Shown here piece by piece: positions 60,971 through 64,000 of a stretch of 64,000 nucleotides of DNA. Under the pieces are notes generated by a model that saw only the letters and a program-made list of their open reading frames with translations, was not told where the DNA came from and did not search any database. The stretch is from Iphione sp. A-MEVVRFRX5. Taxonomy: Eukaryota. The translations under genes and the position numbers were made by a program. Where the stretch lies: contig OZ320314.1 of the NCBI GenBank assembly GCA_976226885.1, forward strand, positions 106,950,001-107,014,000, given 5' to 3'. How positions within the stretch are numbered: position 1 is the first letter of the stretch; every line of letters begins with the position of its first letter.

Positions 60971-63629
60971 GCTGCCTAAGGAAGTGAACTACTTGAGAAC
61001 CTATATTGTCCCCCTCTCCCATAGATAAAGCGGAAATGGTTCATTTCTGGACTTTACAAAGAGCTGTTACTTACCACATCCCTATGGAAGGATAATATAT
61101 TCACTGCAGTTTCGGAACTTAACGTTTGTCCTGGAAGCTAGTGTTTGTAAGGAACTGAAACTATCTCCGTATGTTTATCATTGAAACGCCGTAACAATGT
61201 AGGATCAGGTTGCATGACTATAAAGAAAAGAAAAGGGAAATTGCGTGCTTTAAGGGCATTTAAGAAGTCGATGCAAAAGACACCTTTTATCAGACGCCGA
61301 ATAATTCTCCCCGTCCATCTTAACGCGAAGAGCTTTGTCCGAGATATGTGATCATAGTCAACAACGAGACCAGTATGACTGATTATCATCCAATTACTGA
61401 CACTTGTGGCATTCACTGCTGACAGTTCATTTGCATACAGTGGACTGATCCATTTCATGCCCGATGCCCGGTCCCGTGCCGTCTACTAATAACAAGCCCT
61501 GTCTGTACAGATGACCGTCACAAGTGATCGTTTGCCTCTTTTTTTCGCGCCAGTTTTGTACTCGTTGTCGTCTGCGCATATGAAAGGCGCCCCTGACGAG
61601 CCGCCATCGGGAATTCTATTCACCGGAAGTGATCGAGTTAAAGACCCCGCTCCGCCGAGATAGCGTGGTGCATGCCGGTAGAAGCCAATTGTCGTCTCAG
61701 CGTCCATCATACAATATTCCCCATGGAAGGTAGGGAAGGAGAAAGGGCCCGCCTGCAGAATCCAATAAAAGGTAGCGCCTATAGGGTCTAAGGAGTTGGT
61801 GGACGTTAGGTGGGTGCGAATGAAGTAGAGGAGATAGTACAAGATGGTTTGCACATTTGTTGGTGCGTATGCCTGTTGTTTGCATACATTTATTCTATAT
61901 CTATGATCTTTTACAGCTCGTATCCGGATGACTATCGCATAAATGCCAAGAAAGTAAAAACGAAAAATTATAGTATGCGGCTATGGGTCTATACTCCCTG
62001 TACAAGAGGGATTATTCATACATTTTATTGTCTCCTGGTCTCCTGCCTCCCACAGTGAACAATGGGATGAGGTGCCCGGAGTGTCTGGAGACTGCTGTCT
62101 GAGAGTAAAGAGGCAGGTGGTGCAGGAAAGAAAGCCAGATTGAGATGTGAATCATTGTCTGCCATCAGTTCTGTTGGAATCTAGCAACCCCCCCCCCCCT
62201 CCCTGCAGTACCTCTCCACACGTATATAACCTCTTCCCGTGATAATGCCGAATATTTATAAGGCTACCGTCCACCTTCTTTTCATCGGATAACCGTTCCC
62301 AGCACCTGTCAGCCAGCTTTTTCTCTACCAGTATGTTTTCCTTTTTTTCCCAAACCTTCGTAAACATATTCTTCCTTATAAGGCACTTTCAACCACGTTC
62401 TCTCTAAGCAATTCTCAGCAGTATCTTCCTTCTCACGCCTCTCACACCATGTAGGCTTCTCCAGCCACCTTCGTTCTCTAACCTGCTCAATTGATCCCTC
62501 GATGTATTCCTAGACTACTGCCTGATGTTCGCTTTCCCGTCTTGCCAACTTTCAATCCACGGTCTCTCAGGCACCTTAACCCCTTCACTTCCTTAAGTTC
62601 CTGCCTCCCGCCTCTTCTGGTCCGTTCTCGGACTCCCTTAACCCGCCCCCCCCCCTTTTTTTTCCACTTTTCACTGAAAACGGACACCGACAGATGGAAA
62701 AGCCCCTCATCCGGAGCTAAGCGGTTATGCGCGTGCGCACGGTGCCTTATGGGATCGACTCTGGTCAGCTGAGGTCACATGGTACAGGGAGACGCACGGG
62801 CGAGTCCATCTGTTGTGTTGAGGAGTGGATAGTTGTCAGTTGGAGAGATGGATTAGTCCCGGAGGGATGATAGAGTAGAAATTATGATGAATTAAGAGAG
62901 GACAGTAGACATTGACGCGATGAGCGGAGGACAAGAGTCGGTCAGTCGGAGTGGCTCATTGTGAGCAGATTGAGATCATGGTTGATACGAATGACAGTCA
63001 AAAGGTCCGGAGAAATGCGGATTAGTAGGAATCGTGGGCGAACGCTAATAGGTTGGGGTAAAGGGACCAGGATACGACAGTGAAGTGGACAAAGGGAAAT
63101 GCGACGAATGGGACCAGAAGGGGGCGCGGGAGAGGTCAACGACAGATAGAAAAACAAGGAGGACGAGAGAACAAAAGACAACCAAAACCTGAAGGCCCAA
63201 AATAGTTGTATATGTAAAGGACAACTACTGCGAGCGTGTCGACAGAACCGGTGAAAAAATATGTTTCTGAGGAGAATCACTAGTTTAAACAATGAACGCC
63301 CCCAACAACCCTTGACCCTATCAAGAGGATAAGAAAGCTACGGACCTGCGGATGATAACTAGACAGAAATTTGGCAGGCCAAGTCAACTCAGTGATGGTA
63401 TGTCAATACAATGACACAACAATGTTGTGATAAGTCGAGTCAGTGACGCAACATGGTAACATACAAAGTTGGCCGCATAACAATGTAGTGACATGTTACC
63501 TGGCAAAATGACAAGCATGGTAGCATGTCAACTCAGTGACATGATAATGTGGTTGACGTAAACTGGGCGACTGACAAAGTGGTGATATTTGACTTTGGAT
63601 TTGAAAATGTATATTAGGGTACAAGTCAT

Positions 63630-64000
63630 CCTTACCAGGATGATTTCATATTAGTAACTCAATTACAAGGCTCTTCAGTTAGCCCACATGGCCACGAGTT
63701 AGTATGTGTTTTCTAACCAAATGTCCAAATTCTTGGGTATCGAGGTAGATTCGAATGCAATGGAGCATATGTTACCTGGGGGGAAGCTAAAAGGTGAGGG
63801 AGAAAGTGGCAAATGCCACAAATACGGGTAGTCTGACTAAGCATGAGTTTGAAAGCCTGCCCTGTTCGCTCCCGCACTACTCCACAGTTGTAAAAAGTGG
63901 TAGAACTTATACCGGAACCTTCTATGACATGTTGAAAGCGTTGGCTAGGCCACGTAAGCCTGTACCATTGAGTGATGATGTTCTCCAAGATTTCTGGCCT
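63630..64000 (+). mobile_element. Element 4: decayed Ngaro-type pol fragment running off the window end
   Basis: YQDDFILV, KFLGIEVDSNAMEHMLPGGKL, HYSTVVKSGRTYTGTFYD and LSDDVLQD align with the pol of elements 1 and 2. Confidence 0.8.

Noticed and set aside
61138-61854. Two in-frame minus ORFs separated by TAG TAG
   Set aside because: No recognisable domain; the region is CpG-rich with an ETS motif and may be regulatory. A tblastx/HMM search would be needed.
62820-63350. Purine-rich GC segment as gag of element 4
   Set aside because: No zinc-finger motifs or similarity to gag of elements 1 and 2.

Overview
AT-rich, repeat-rich animal genomic DNA, probably from an invertebrate (inferred). Two host genes are visible: the first coding exon of a class A peptide GPCR (205-640, minus; the rest lies left of the window) and an intronless EamA/SLC35G-like transporter (about 21073-22119, plus). 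Tyrosine-recombinase (YR) mobile elements dominate the window. There are two full-length Ngaro/PAT-type split-direct-repeat retrotransposons (4389-8626 and 36439-40764, both minus, each with a few disabling lesions), two decayed relatives (about 12040-14640 and 63630-64000, plus) and a decayed, intron-containing Crypton (about 48509-49633). LINE remnants, a MITE, a SINE head and minisatellites are also present. Comparing the YR retroelements suggests a gammaretrovirus-like expression strategy. In both full-length copies gag and pol share one frame and are separated by a single UGA in a known readthrough context (UGA-CGG and UGA-CUAG). In all three copies that retain the YR 5' end, a phase-1 splice acceptor sits at the start of the YR frame; in element 1 a donor 4 nt after the gag ATG joins it in frame. 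Both mechanisms are inferred from sequence and are untested. No database searches were run.
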